Positions 1-8,406 of a stretch of 64,000 nucleotides of DNA are shown here, one piece after another. Location of the stretch: positions 64,704-128,703 of the forward strand of contig JAHFFW010000003.1 in assembly GCA_023247725.1 (NCBI GenBank), in the 5' to 3' direction. A program made the translations under genes and the position numbers. A model generated the notes under the pieces. That model was not told the DNA's origin. It saw only the letters and a program-made list of their open reading frames with translations, and searched no databases. Origin of the DNA: Candidatus Omnitrophota bacterium (GTDB lineage Bacteria > Omnitrophota > Gorgyraeia > Zapsychrales > JAHFFX01). Every line of letters begins with the position of its first letter. Within the stretch, counting starts at the first letter, position 1.

Positions 1-1
1 G

Positions 2-988
2 CTCAAAAGTGTCCTTTCGAGTTCCGGGAACCTGATCGAAGATCCCCGCACCAATAGTCTCATTATTTCAGATTATCCCGCACAGTTCGCCTTGATTGAG
101 CAGACACTAGCTCGGTTGGATGTTCCTATCCCCCAAATTTTGATTGAAGTCGAAATGCTGGATGTTTCGAAGAATACAGCGGATCTTTTAGGCGTTAAAT
201 TTGGAGATACGCCATTGACCTTTACCGGCGCCGAACGTGATCATGTTTATCCCTGGAATCAAAATCAGCTTTTACGCAAAGGACTCATTGAAGATCCGCA
301 ATATCGGGTCGGGACCATCAGCGCTGCAGGACTCATAATGACCTTAAATTTCTTGCGCACGCAAACGGATACCAAAAATCTCGCGCGTCCTAGGATTTTG
401 ACCTTGAATAATGAAATGGCGGAAATCAAAATATCCACGAGTGAAGCCATCGGAGTCAGCCAAAAATCCAGTGGGACTGGAGGAGAAACCACAACCGTGC
501 AAGAAGCCGAACGGGTGCAAACTGGCGTTTTTCTCACGGTCACACCTCAGGCCAATCTGTTGACGGGTGAAATCACCATGGCCATCACCCCCAAAGTCAT
601 TCAGGCGAGGACCGGAGCCACATTTCAAGGCACAACCTTTAAAGATCCGGAGGAGCGCGGGACCCAATCTCTCTTGCGGGTCAAAAATGGTGACACGATT
701 GTCCTTGGTGGCCTGGTTCGAACCGACGTCAGCCATACGATTACAAAGTTGCCCTTTCTCGGGGATCTTCCGGTCATCGGCCGGGTCTTTCGCCATAATG
801 ATGAAGCCGAAGTGGAAAGGGAATTAATCATCTTCATCACTCCGCATATTTTGGCCGAAGATGGGACCATCCTTTCCGCCCAAGCCCAAAAAGTTTCGTT
901 CAATCCCATTTCACGCGAACAGGATATTCCAGCCCATCGTAAACAAGAAATCGACAAGGCTTTATTGATCATCGAAAACAAACGCTAA
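2..988 (+). CDS. Secretin (PilQ/GspD family), 5' truncated by window edge
   Basis: Frame open from base 2 (LKSVLSSSGNLIEDPRTNSLII...). Secretin motifs PRILTLNN, GVFLTVTP, GDTIVLGGL, LPFLGDLPVIGRVF, ELIIFITPHI. Confidence 0.9.
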   Translation, partial: LKSVLSSSGNLIEDPRTNSLIISDYPAQFALIEQTLARLDVPIPQILIEVEMLDVSKNTADLLGVKFGDTPLTFTGAERDHVYPWNQNQLLRKGLIEDPQYRVGTISAAGLIMTLNFLRTQTDTKNLARPRILTLNNEMAEIKISTSEAIGVSQKSSGTGGETTTVQEAERVQTGVFLTVTPQANLLTGEITMAITPKVIQARTGATFQGTTFKDPEERGTQSLLRVKNGDTIVLGGLVRTDVSHTITKLPFLGDLPVIGRVFRHNDEAEVERELIIFITPHILAEDGTILSAQAQKVSFNPISREQDIPAHRKQEIDKALLIIENKR

Positions 989-1000
989 AGCGATATCCTT

Positions 1001-2734
1001 ATGGCACATTTGAAACTGGGAGAAATCCTCGTCCAGCAAGGGGTCATTACGGGAGAGCAATTAACCCAGGCCATCGCCGCCCAAAAACAAACCAAAGGCC
1101 GCATCGGTGAACTCCTGGTCAAACAAGGGATCGTCTCTGAAGAAGATATTGTCGTTGCTCTTGCGACCCAATTCTTGCTCCCGTATTCTTCCAAAAAGAA
1201 TGACCTTCTCAAACCCCAGGCAGGACAAGGCCTCGAAAAAATCATACCTAAAGAATTTGCGGAAAAAAATGCGGTCCTGCCTTTATCCGTCAGTGATAAT
1301 CTCCTAACCGTAGCCGTTCATGATCCGCTGGATTTGATGCTCATTGACAATCTTAAAAGGATCTCGGGCTGTGAAGTGAATCTGGTCCTTGCGACCAAGT
1401 CCGAAATCAACCAGGCCATGCAGAGTTTTTATGGAATCATTCGTGCCAGCGGCGGAGCCTTATTAGGGCAAGCGGTGCAAAACACTTATGAAGCGGAAAC
1501 AACCTCAACCACCTTGAGTGCCGAAACGGAAACCTCCGGTTCCGAGGCCCAACTCAGTCTTGACAAGCTCATCGCTAAGGCCGAGGAAGCCCCGGTCATT
1601 AAATTGGTCGATTTGATTATCCGTCAGGCCATTGATGAACGAGCGAGCGACATCCACATTGAACCTTTCAAAGATAAAATCCGTTTGCGCTACCGCATCG
1701 ATGGATCGCTCTATGAAATTCCACCTCCGGCGAGGCATTTGCATTTGCCCATCGTTTCCCGCATCAAAATTCTTTCCAAATTGGATATTGCCGAAAAAAG
1801 ACTCCCGCAGGACGGCGCCATTGCGGCCAAATTGGAAAACCGGACCGTTGACCTGAGAGTCTCCACAGTTCCGACCGTCTGGGGAGAAAAGGCGGTCATG
1901 AGAATCTTGGATAAAGAGGCGGTGCCGCTGGAACTGAGCCGGTTAGGTTTTGATACCAAACAACTGGAGATCTTGCGCAAGGCGCTGCATAGCCCTTACG
2001 GGCTTTTCTTCGTGACTGGTCCGACGGGCAGCGGCAAATCCACCACCCTTTACTCGGCGCTCAATGAAACCATTGATCCCAAAAAGAATGTCATGACGGT
2101 CGAAGATCCGGTCGAATTTAAAATCGAAGGGATCAATCAGGTGGGAATAAAATCAGACATCGGATTAACCTTTGCCTCAGCCTTGCGGGCCTTTTTGCGC
2201 CAAGATCCGGATGTGATTATGGTTGGAGAAGTCCGGGATCTGGAAACCGCCCAAATCTGCGTTCGGGCCGCTCTCACGGGACACTTTGTTTTAAGTACAT
2301 TACACACCAATGATGCGTCCTCCGCAGTCACGCGCCTTATGGATATCGGCATTGAATCATACCTGTTGACGCCGTCCTTAATCCTGGTTTTGGCCCAGCG
2401 CCTCGCCCGCCGACTTTGCCAAAAATGCAAAGAGCCCTATGAACCGACTCTGGAAAATTCCGGAGGCATCAAATTTCATACGGATCTCATTTACCGCCCC
2501 AAAGGTTGCCACGAATGCAACCACACCGGCTACCGTGGCCGTTTGGTGATTGGAGAAGTTTTGCCCATCAATGACAGTATCCGCAATCTGATCGCCCAAA
2601 AAGCTCCCTACACGCAGATTCGTGATGCGGCCAGGAAAAATGGGATGAATACGCTTTTTGAAAGCGGCCTCAAAAGAGTCGAAGACGGTTTAACCAGCCT
2701 AGAGGAAATCCTCAATACAACGGCCTTGATGTAA
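1001..2734 (+). CDS. pilB: Type IV pilus/T2SS assembly ATPase (PilB/GspE) with N-terminal MshEN-like domain
   Basis: Walker A GPTGSGKST, TVEDPVE, LRQDPDVIMVGEVRD, His box STLHTN, CxxC pairs (CQKC, CHEC). Confidence 0.92.
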   Translation: MAHLKLGEILVQQGVITGEQLTQAIAAQKQTKGRIGELLVKQGIVSEEDIVVALATQFLLPYSSKKNDLLKPQAGQGLEKIIPKEFAEKNAVLPLSVSDNLLTVAVHDPLDLMLIDNLKRISGCEVNLVLATKSEINQAMQSFYGIIRASGGALLGQAVQNTYEAETTSTTLSAETETSGSEAQLSLDKLIAKAEEAPVIKLVDLIIRQAIDERASDIHIEPFKDKIRLRYRIDGSLYEIPPPARHLHLPIVSRIKILSKLDIAEKRLPQDGAIAAKLENRTVDLRVSTVPTVWGEKAVMRILDKEAVPLELSRLGFDTKQLEILRKALHSPYGLFFVTGPTGSGKSTTLYSALNETIDPKKNVMTVEDPVEFKIEGINQVGIKSDIGLTFASALRAFLRQDPDVIMVGEVRDLETAQICVRAALTGHFVLSTLHTNDASSAVTRLMDIGIESYLLTPSLILVLAQRLARRLCQKCKEPYEPTLENSGGIKFHTDLIYRPKGCHECNHTGYRGRLVIGEVLPINDSIRNLIAQKAPYTQIRDAARKNGMNTLFESGLKRVEDGLTSLEEILNTTALM

Positions 2735-2750
2735 TCTTAAAGGAAGAACC

Positions 2751-4001
2751 TTGACCAAATTCACCTACGTTGCCAAAGATAGCAACGGTAAAACAGTTAC
2801 TGAAATCACTGAAGCCAATGATCAAGAGAGTCTGATTGAACGCTTGCAGGGCCAGGGTTTTTTTGTCGTCAGCCTTCAGGAATTCAAGGCTCCCGCCCCC
2901 AGATCCCAACGTAAAGAAAAAGTTGACGACACTGGAAAAAAACTTAAAGAAAATTTCACTCACTCTAATATCGTCCTTGAAGACCAGCTGGTTTTTGCCC
3001 GCCAGTTAGCCACAATGCTCGAAGCCGGCGTGACGCTCCTGCGCAGTCTGGATGTTATCGTGGCTCAAGTGGAAAGCAAGGGGTTCTCCAAAGTTCTTAA
3101 TGAGGTCCGCCGTGATGTGGAGCAGGGGTCATCTTTAAGCGCCTCTCTCTCGAAACATCCCAAAGTCTTCAATCAATTCTGGGTGAGCCTCGTCGAAGTT
3201 GGGGAGGCCTCTGGAACCATGCCACTCGTTTTGGAAAAGTTAGCCTTTTATTTGGAGCAGCAGGAGGCTTTCAATTCAACGATTGTTTCCGCGATCATTT
3301 ATCCCGCCATTCTTTTTTGTGTGGCTGTCGGAGCCATTGCCTTTTTCGCTTTTTTTGTCGGGCCGAAATTTCAGGAAATTTTCGATTCCTTTGGAGTCAA
3401 ACTGCCTTTCATCACGATCGCGCTTTTGACCACATTCAAATTTGTCAAAACCAAATTCATCTTTATCGTTGCGGTGATCGCAGCGATCTTTTACGCATTC
3501 AAAAATTATATCCGCACTCCAAACGGTCAACTTCAATTTGAATGGTTTCTCTTCAATATACCTAGCTTCGGACGAGTCTTTAAACTCATCATCGTAGAGC
3601 GTTTTTCCTCACAAATGTCCATCCTCATTGATAGCGGGGTTCCCATTCTTTATGCCTTAGACATCACTCAACGACTGGTCAGCAACAAGACCTGTGAAAT
3701 AATCGTCGGTGAAATCAAAGAAAGCGTCCGGGAAGGCGAACTCCTCGTCGGCCCTATGCAAAAAAGCAATTTCTTTCCACCCATGGCTATACAGATGATC
3801 ATGGTTGGAGAAGAAACCGGCGAATTAAGTAAAATGCTCAAACACGTCTCTGCCTTTTACCAAAAGCAGGTGGAAACCTTTATGAAACGCTTCGCGACGA
3901 TGGTTGAGCCCATTATGCTCGTCTTTATGGGAGGTGTCATCGGTGTCATTGTGCTCGCGATGTTTTTGCCTATGTTTAATCTGACCCAGTTGGGACGATG
4001 A
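2751..4001 (+). CDS. pilC: Type IV pilus inner-membrane platform protein (PilC/GspF)
   Basis: FARQLATMLEAGV, VGEASG, VGEETGEL, EPIMLVFMGGVIG. TTG start after AAGGAAG; follows pilB. Confidence 0.92.
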   Translation: MTKFTYVAKDSNGKTVTEITEANDQESLIERLQGQGFFVVSLQEFKAPAPRSQRKEKVDDTGKKLKENFTHSNIVLEDQLVFARQLATMLEAGVTLLRSLDVIVAQVESKGFSKVLNEVRRDVEQGSSLSASLSKHPKVFNQFWVSLVEVGEASGTMPLVLEKLAFYLEQQEAFNSTIVSAIIYPAILFCVAVGAIAFFAFFVGPKFQEIFDSFGVKLPFITIALLTTFKFVKTKFIFIVAVIAAIFYAFKNYIRTPNGQLQFEWFLFNIPSFGRVFKLIIVERFSSQMSILIDSGVPILYALDITQRLVSNKTCEIIVGEIKESVREGELLVGPMQKSNFFPPMAIQMIMVGEETGELSKMLKHVSAFYQKQVETFMKRFATMVEPIMLVFMGGVIGVIVLAMFLPMFNLTQLGR

Positions 4002-4411
4002 TTCGTCAATCTTGTGCATTTACCATGCTGGAAATGTTGGTGACAATCATGATTATCGGCGTTTTGGCAGCCGCGGCTCTTCCGGTATTTTTCCAGACCA
4101 TCGAATATTCTCGTGGCTCTGAAACCATGATTGCTCTTTCCACTTTGCGAAATTCCGTTGAACGCTGTTATTTAATGACCGCAGATTATACGCGTTGCAA
4201 TAGTATGATGATTCTGGACGTCGAGGATCCATCCAACCTTCCTAACGCCCACTTTTCATATACGGTTAACCCCAGCGCTCCAACCGCATTCTCCATTACT
4301 GCAGTGCGCAATACCCGTGACGGCGGTTCAACCGCCAGCACGATTTGGCTGAATTTCGACGGTTCAACAATTACGAAAGGAGGGACAGGAGCTTTTGGAG
4401 CGGTATATTGA
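3998..4411 (+). CDS. Type IV prepilin (paralogue of 4764-5186)
   Basis: Class III signal A|FTMLEMLVTIMIIGVLAAAALP; ATGA overlap with pilC. Confidence 0.85.
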   Translation: MIRQSCAFTMLEMLVTIMIIGVLAAAALPVFFQTIEYSRGSETMIALSTLRNSVERCYLMTADYTRCNSMMILDVEDPSNLPNAHFSYTVNPSAPTAFSITAVRNTRDGGSTASTIWLNFDGSTITKGGTGAFGAVY

Positions 4412-4555
4412 TTTACTCTTTCAAAATACAGTGGATCAATATACGATCATGGCCAAGCGCAACACCCGTGACGGCGGTAGCACCTCTAGTACTATTTTTT
4501 TTGACGAAACCACGATTGCGCGGGGAGGGAGCGGATCTTTCGGTGCAATCATGCG
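4412..4555 (+). pseudogene. Headless pilin C-terminal fragment (no N-methylation helix)
   Basis: Encodes YTIMAKRNTRDGGSTSSTIFFDETTIARGGSGSFGAI, homologous to the C-termini of both flanking pilins (RNTRDGGST...GGTGAFGAV). Confidence 0.7.
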
Positions 4556-4763
4556 AACAGTCCAAAATTCTATAACTTATCCAAATTCCTGGACTTATAA
4601 AATAATTGAAATTCTTTTTGCTTTGCTTTTTTTGTCGGCTATAATTTAAATGATAAACCAAAAAAAGGGGGTGATGTGCGCACAAGTAAACGGGCTGTGG
4701 TAACTTGCAAGCTAGGCTTTTAAAAAGCTAAAGTTGCATCCATTGAGGAGGGAAAGTAAGCAA

Positions 4764-5186
4764 ATGAGAAAAAATAATCGAAGCGGTTTTACCTTACTGG
4801 AAGTGATCATTGTCATCATCATCATCGGTGTTCTGGCAAGCTTGGCCCTGCCGCGATTCTTCAGTACCGTTGAATACTCCCGAGCTACGGAAGCCATGCA
4901 GTCCCTGGCCACGGTGCGGCAATCCGTCGAGCGTTGCTACCTGATGAGAAACAGTTTTGCGGCGCCCTGTAATGCCTTCGCAAACTTGGATGTGGAGGAT
5001 CCGGGTGGTGTTCCAAACGCGCACTTCACTTACGGATTCACCAACACCGCGAACGCATACACGATCACGGCGACCCGTAACACGCGTGATGGTGGCAGCA
5101 CTGCTAATACCGTTTGGCTCATGTTTGACGGAGCCGCGGGAACCGTATCCCGAGGCGGTACAGGCGCCTTTGGTGCAGTAAACTAA
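4764..5186 (+). CDS. Probable major type IV pilin
   Basis: MRKNNRSG|FTLLEVIIVIIIIGVLASLALP. Strong RBS (GAGGAGG), upstream intergenic gap and downstream hairpin. Confidence 0.88.
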   Translation: MRKNNRSGFTLLEVIIVIIIIGVLASLALPRFFSTVEYSRATEAMQSLATVRQSVERCYLMRNSFAAPCNAFANLDVEDPGGVPNAHFTYGFTNTANAYTITATRNTRDGGSTANTVWLMFDGAAGTVSRGGTGAFGAVN

Positions 5187-5204
5187 GAAGTTCTGATCGG
5201 CTAA

Positions 5205-5246
5205 AAACCCCTGGCCACGTCCCCTCCAAAGATGTGGCCAGGGTTT
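5205..5246 (+). terminator. Hairpin terminator/stabiliser after major pilin
   Basis: AAACCCCTGGCCACGTC-loop-GATGTGGCCAGGGTTT stem; short T-run. Confidence 0.6.
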
Positions 5247-5250
5247 AAAT

Positions 5251-6021
5251 ATGAAAAGAGGAAGCAAATATCTTCATCAAAGACACGGAAAGACCACCGT
5301 GTCTTTTTTCCTTCGCCGGTCAAAAATTTATGGATCCCTACGGGCAAACCCTTGGTACCTTCATTATGCCCCGCCTGATCAGCAGCGGGCTTATCCGCTA
5401 ATGAATGCGATCGGCTTACCCCTCAGCAAACATCCAGCTTCGCTCAATTACTTTCCTGTTGAGCTTCGCAGAATAGCCCTGCGAAGCCGAATGCGAAAGC
5501 AGTTCGACGAAGAAGGGCATCCGACGAAGCAGAAGCCTATTCGCATTCAAACACGGGCAAGCCTATCTTCTGCGAAGGCGGATAAAAATTCGTTCAGGGC
5601 CACACTCATACCTTCTCTCAAAAAAAATTCGGGATTCACCTTGATGGAAGCCATTGTCGTGATCATTATCCTGGGAACTATTGCAGCCCTGGCGATTCCC
5701 AATTATCAATCCGCTGTAGAGACGGTCCGTTCGCGCGAAGGGGTTAATACTTTAACCGCGCTCCTCAATGCTCAGCAGCGCTATGGTCTAGAAAATGGAG
5801 GGGTATTCACCAACGCTCTCGGCAATCTGGATATCACGATTCCCGGGTCCACCAGTTTTAATGCCCCCACGGTCGCCGCTGCGGTCAATCCCGGGGACAT
5901 CGCCGCTTCGGTACAGCGAACTGGCGGTACCTATGGAACTTATACTTTATCAATTACGCGGGGAGGGACGGTTTCCTGTGCGGGTGGTTCGGGTGGAATT
6001 TGTGGAAAAATAGGGTATTGA
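5251..6021 (+). CDS. Type IV prepilin; start uncertain (mature F at 5635; nearest in-frame ATG at 5491)
   Basis: KKNSG|FTLMEAIVVIIILGTIAALAIPNY and C-terminal Cys pair. Upstream frame runs through a palindromic element. Confidence 0.75.
   Translation: MKRGSKYLHQRHGKTTVSFFLRRSKIYGSLRANPWYLHYAPPDQQRAYPLMNAIGLPLSKHPASLNYFPVELRRIALRSRMRKQFDEEGHPTKQKPIRIQTRASLSSAKADKNSFRATLIPSLKKNSGFTLMEAIVVIIILGTIAALAIPNYQSAVETVRSREGVNTLTALLNAQQRYGLENGGVFTNALGNLDITIPGSTSFNAPTVAAAVNPGDIAASVQRTGGTYGTYTLSITRGGTVSCAGGSGGICGKIGY
5391..5585. repeat. Nested inverted-repeat element (REP/MITE-like)
   Basis: TTATCCGC(5391)/GCGGATAA(5578); TGAATGCGA(5402)/TCGCATTCA(5541); CTTCGCAGAATAG(5464)/CTATCTTCTGCGAAG(5563). Confidence 0.5.
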
Positions 6022-6022
6022 T

Positions 6023-6433
6023 ATGAAACAGTCAATAGAAAAAAATCCCCAAACCGGATTCACCATGCTGGAATTGATGGTCGTCGTCGTTATTATTGCG
6101 GTCATCGCCGGTTTTGCTATTCCTAATTATCAGCGGGCGGTGGAACGTTCCTATTTACGGACCGCCACGGCCAATTTGCAAGCCCTGCACAGCGTTCAGC
6201 AGATTTATCGTACCCAGAATGGGAATTACTGGGGAACAGGCGATGTCGCCGCCATTAATACCAATCTGGGTCTCAACATTATTGAAAGCGGAATGACCTA
6301 CACCTCGACAGCAGGGGGTGCCAATTTTACGGTAACAGCGGTCCGGTGGGGACCGGCAGCCACATTCACGGTGACCGTCACGGATACGGCGCTTTCCGGG
6401 GCCAATCCGGCGTGCTCGGGTTCATGTCCATAA
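6023..6433 (+). CDS. Type IV prepilin (PilE-like)
   Basis: TG|FTMLELMVVVVIIAVIAGFAIPNY; C-terminal CSGSCP. Confidence 0.85.
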   Translation: MKQSIEKNPQTGFTMLELMVVVVIIAVIAGFAIPNYQRAVERSYLRTATANLQALHSVQQIYRTQNGNYWGTGDVAAINTNLGLNIIESGMTYTSTAGGANFTVTAVRWGPAATFTVTVTDTALSGANPACSGSCP

Positions 6434-6828
6434 CGAGAATCAAAAATCTCAAGATTTTACAATCCTCCGGCGGATTCACGATTGTGGAGGTCCTCGTTGC
6501 TACTGTCATTTTTACCATCGCTGCCTTAGGAACATTTTCCACGATTGCCTCGATCCGCAAACCCGCTGCGGTTTCTGAACGCAAACTGCAAGGCGCTTAC
6601 TACGCCAAACAGATTCTGGAAGATCTTCGGCCTCAGGTCGACGCACGTAACTGGAACCCGGCCACCGGTCAATACAGCAGCGGCGATCTGACGATGGGAA
6701 CCCATCTTCTTAGTACGACCACGATTAACGGAACTCCTTATATATCCAGTTATGTTGTTTCAACGGTTGCTGGGACTCCCAACCTTTTTCAAGTTCAGGT
6801 GATGGTCAATTGGACCGAAATTCCTTGA
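6424..6828 (+). CDS. Minor pilin (PilV-like)
   Basis: ATG 6424; GG|FTIVEVLVATVIF; ends VQVMVNW. Confidence 0.8.
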   Translation: MSITRIKNLKILQSSGGFTIVEVLVATVIFTIAALGTFSTIASIRKPAAVSERKLQGAYYAKQILEDLRPQVDARNWNPATGQYSSGDLTMGTHLLSTTTINGTPYISSYVVSTVAGTPNLFQVQVMVNWTEIP

Positions 6829-6833
6829 ATGTT

Positions 6834-7463
6834 ATGAAAATTGGCATCCGTATTACACAAAAAAAGGCTCTGACGCTCGTGGAATTGATGATTTCCACGA
6901 TGCTGGTTGGGCTCATCATGCTCGGCGTTGCCTCGATTGATTACGCGACCAAACAGTCCCAGCAAACGACCACTCGGCGCAGCTTGGTGGCCATGCAGGC
7001 CGGGGCCATCCTCATGGACATGGCCAAGAATGCGTCCGTGGCGACAGGGACGTCCACGAATATTGGGATTAATTCCTCGCATATGGGAGCGGCGCCATGG
7101 AATGGCCCGACTGACTTGTGTGTCCGCCGGGATATCGATGCCACGGGGGCCTCCAATAATACGCCCTGGGATTTTGCCGATGATCGATGGGTCTGTTACA
7201 CGATTGCCAGCAGTCAAATGCAGCGATGTATTGTGGCCGCACCCGCGGCTTGTCCTTTGGGCAGTGGCCAAATGATTGCTCCTATCCAGGCTCTCAATGT
7301 TACGATTACGGCGGATAATACGTTAGGGGTAGGGGATTTTAATATTCTCATCACCGTGACGACGCGCTTTACCCCTGGAGCCGCGGTTGACCCCCTGAAT
7401 AATCCCGAGACCTCGGTCAGTACTCGAGTACTTCCATCCTTCCATAGTTGGATAGGTTCATAG
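6834..7463 (+). CDS. Minor pilin (PilW-like)
   Basis: ATG 6834; KKA|LTLVELMISTMLVGLIMLG. Confidence 0.8.
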   Translation: MKIGIRITQKKALTLVELMISTMLVGLIMLGVASIDYATKQSQQTTTRRSLVAMQAGAILMDMAKNASVATGTSTNIGINSSHMGAAPWNGPTDLCVRRDIDATGASNNTPWDFADDRWVCYTIASSQMQRCIVAAPAACPLGSGQMIAPIQALNVTITADNTLGVGDFNILITVTTRFTPGAAVDPLNNPETSVSTRVLPSFHSWIGS

Positions 7464-7569
7464 GATTTAACTTTTCAGAATTGAAGATTTTGGTGGGAGA
7501 GCAGCCCCAAATTTCCTTTTAGAGAATCTATGGTATCGAGTGTTGCGCCGGTCTTTTTCTATTTAAATC

Positions 7570-7642
7570 GGGTCGGTAGCTCAGTTGGGAGAGCGTCTGC
7601 TCCGCAAGCAGAAGGCCGGGGGTTCGACTCCCCCCCGATCCA
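7570..7642 (+). tRNA. tRNA-Ala(CGC), CCA not encoded, C at position 33
   Basis: Acceptor GGGTCGG/CCGATCC with G3:U70 and A73; D arm GCTC/GAGC; anticodon arm TCTGC-TCCGCAA-GCAGA; T arm GGGGG-TTCGACT-CCCCC. Confidence 0.92.
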
Positions 7643-7662
7643 TTAATTTCAAATTTCATCCT

Positions 7663-8406
7663 GTGCATCGCTTTTATAGCCCATCGATTCTTTCTGTGGG
7701 GACAACGATTGAAATCCTCGATCCCGCCGAGTTTCATCATCTGAAAAATGTTCTGCGGTTAAAGCTTCATGCGCCGGTAACGATTTTTGATGGGAAAGGC
7801 CAAGAAGCCTTCGGCATCATTGCGGCCATCAAGAAATCTTCCGCAACGGTACAGCTGCAAAAAGTGAAAAAATCGGAAGAAACAAAGCCCCGCCTCATTT
7901 TAGCCTGTGCCATTCCCAAAAATGCCAAATTCGAATTCATTATCGAAAAATGTACCGAATTAGGCATTGATGAACTGATCCCCATGCAAACCAGCCGCAC
8001 GATTGTGCGATTTTCGACTCAACAAAAAGAAAAAAAATTCCTCCGCTATCAAACCGTGGCCCTCAATGCGGCGAAACAATGCGTACGCTCGATGATCCCT
8101 CGCATTCATCCGGTGACTTCGTTCACGCAAGTTTTAAGACAACGCTCGCCCAATGGCCTCGGTCTTATTCCCATTCTGTTCGGAAATCGTCAACTGCTTC
8201 TGCCCGCGCTGCAACAAGCCATCAGCGCCCCTCAAATCATATTTCTGATCGGACCCGAGGGGGATTTTACAAAAGAAGAGGGGGCGGCCGCCGGCGCAGC
8301 GGGCTTCTCACCCGTATCATTAGGTCCAACGACATTAAAGGTGGACACAGCCGCCATTTCGGTCGTGGCGGCGGCTCATTTCGTTTTTGACGCGCACTCC
8401 CCTTGA
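7663..8406 (+). CDS. rsmE: 16S rRNA m3U1498 methyltransferase
   Basis: HHLKNVLRL, IIEKCTELGI, IFLIGPEGDF, SLGPTTLKVDTA. GTG 7663 chosen because the listed start lies inside the tRNA. Confidence 0.9.
   Translation: MHRFYSPSILSVGTTIEILDPAEFHHLKNVLRLKLHAPVTIFDGKGQEAFGIIAAIKKSSATVQLQKVKKSEETKPRLILACAIPKNAKFEFIIEKCTELGIDELIPMQTSRTIVRFSTQQKEKKFLRYQTVALNAAKQCVRSMIPRIHPVTSFTQVLRQRSPNGLGLIPILFGNRQLLLPALQQAISAPQIIFLIGPEGDFTKEEGAAAGAAGFSPVSLGPTTLKVDTAAISVVAAAHFVFDAHSP

Noticed and set aside
4690-4740. sigma54 promoter for the major pilin
   Set aside because: GG and TTGC spacing does not fit -24/-12.
5341-5360. Second c-di-GMP riboswitch (GGGCAAACC)
   Set aside because: Lacks the GNRA-capped P2 and the GCAAA/P3 elements.
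7596-7612. Reading the tRNA as Arg(CCG) to restore U33
   Set aside because: The shifted register breaks the anticodon stem, and G3:U70/A73 indicate Ala.
7570-7642. tRNA as an island integration site
   Set aside because: No duplicated 3' end noticed and no integrase in the window.
7585-7662. N-terminal extension of rsmE
   Set aside because: Overlaps the tRNA; GTG 7663 gives the typical MHRF start.
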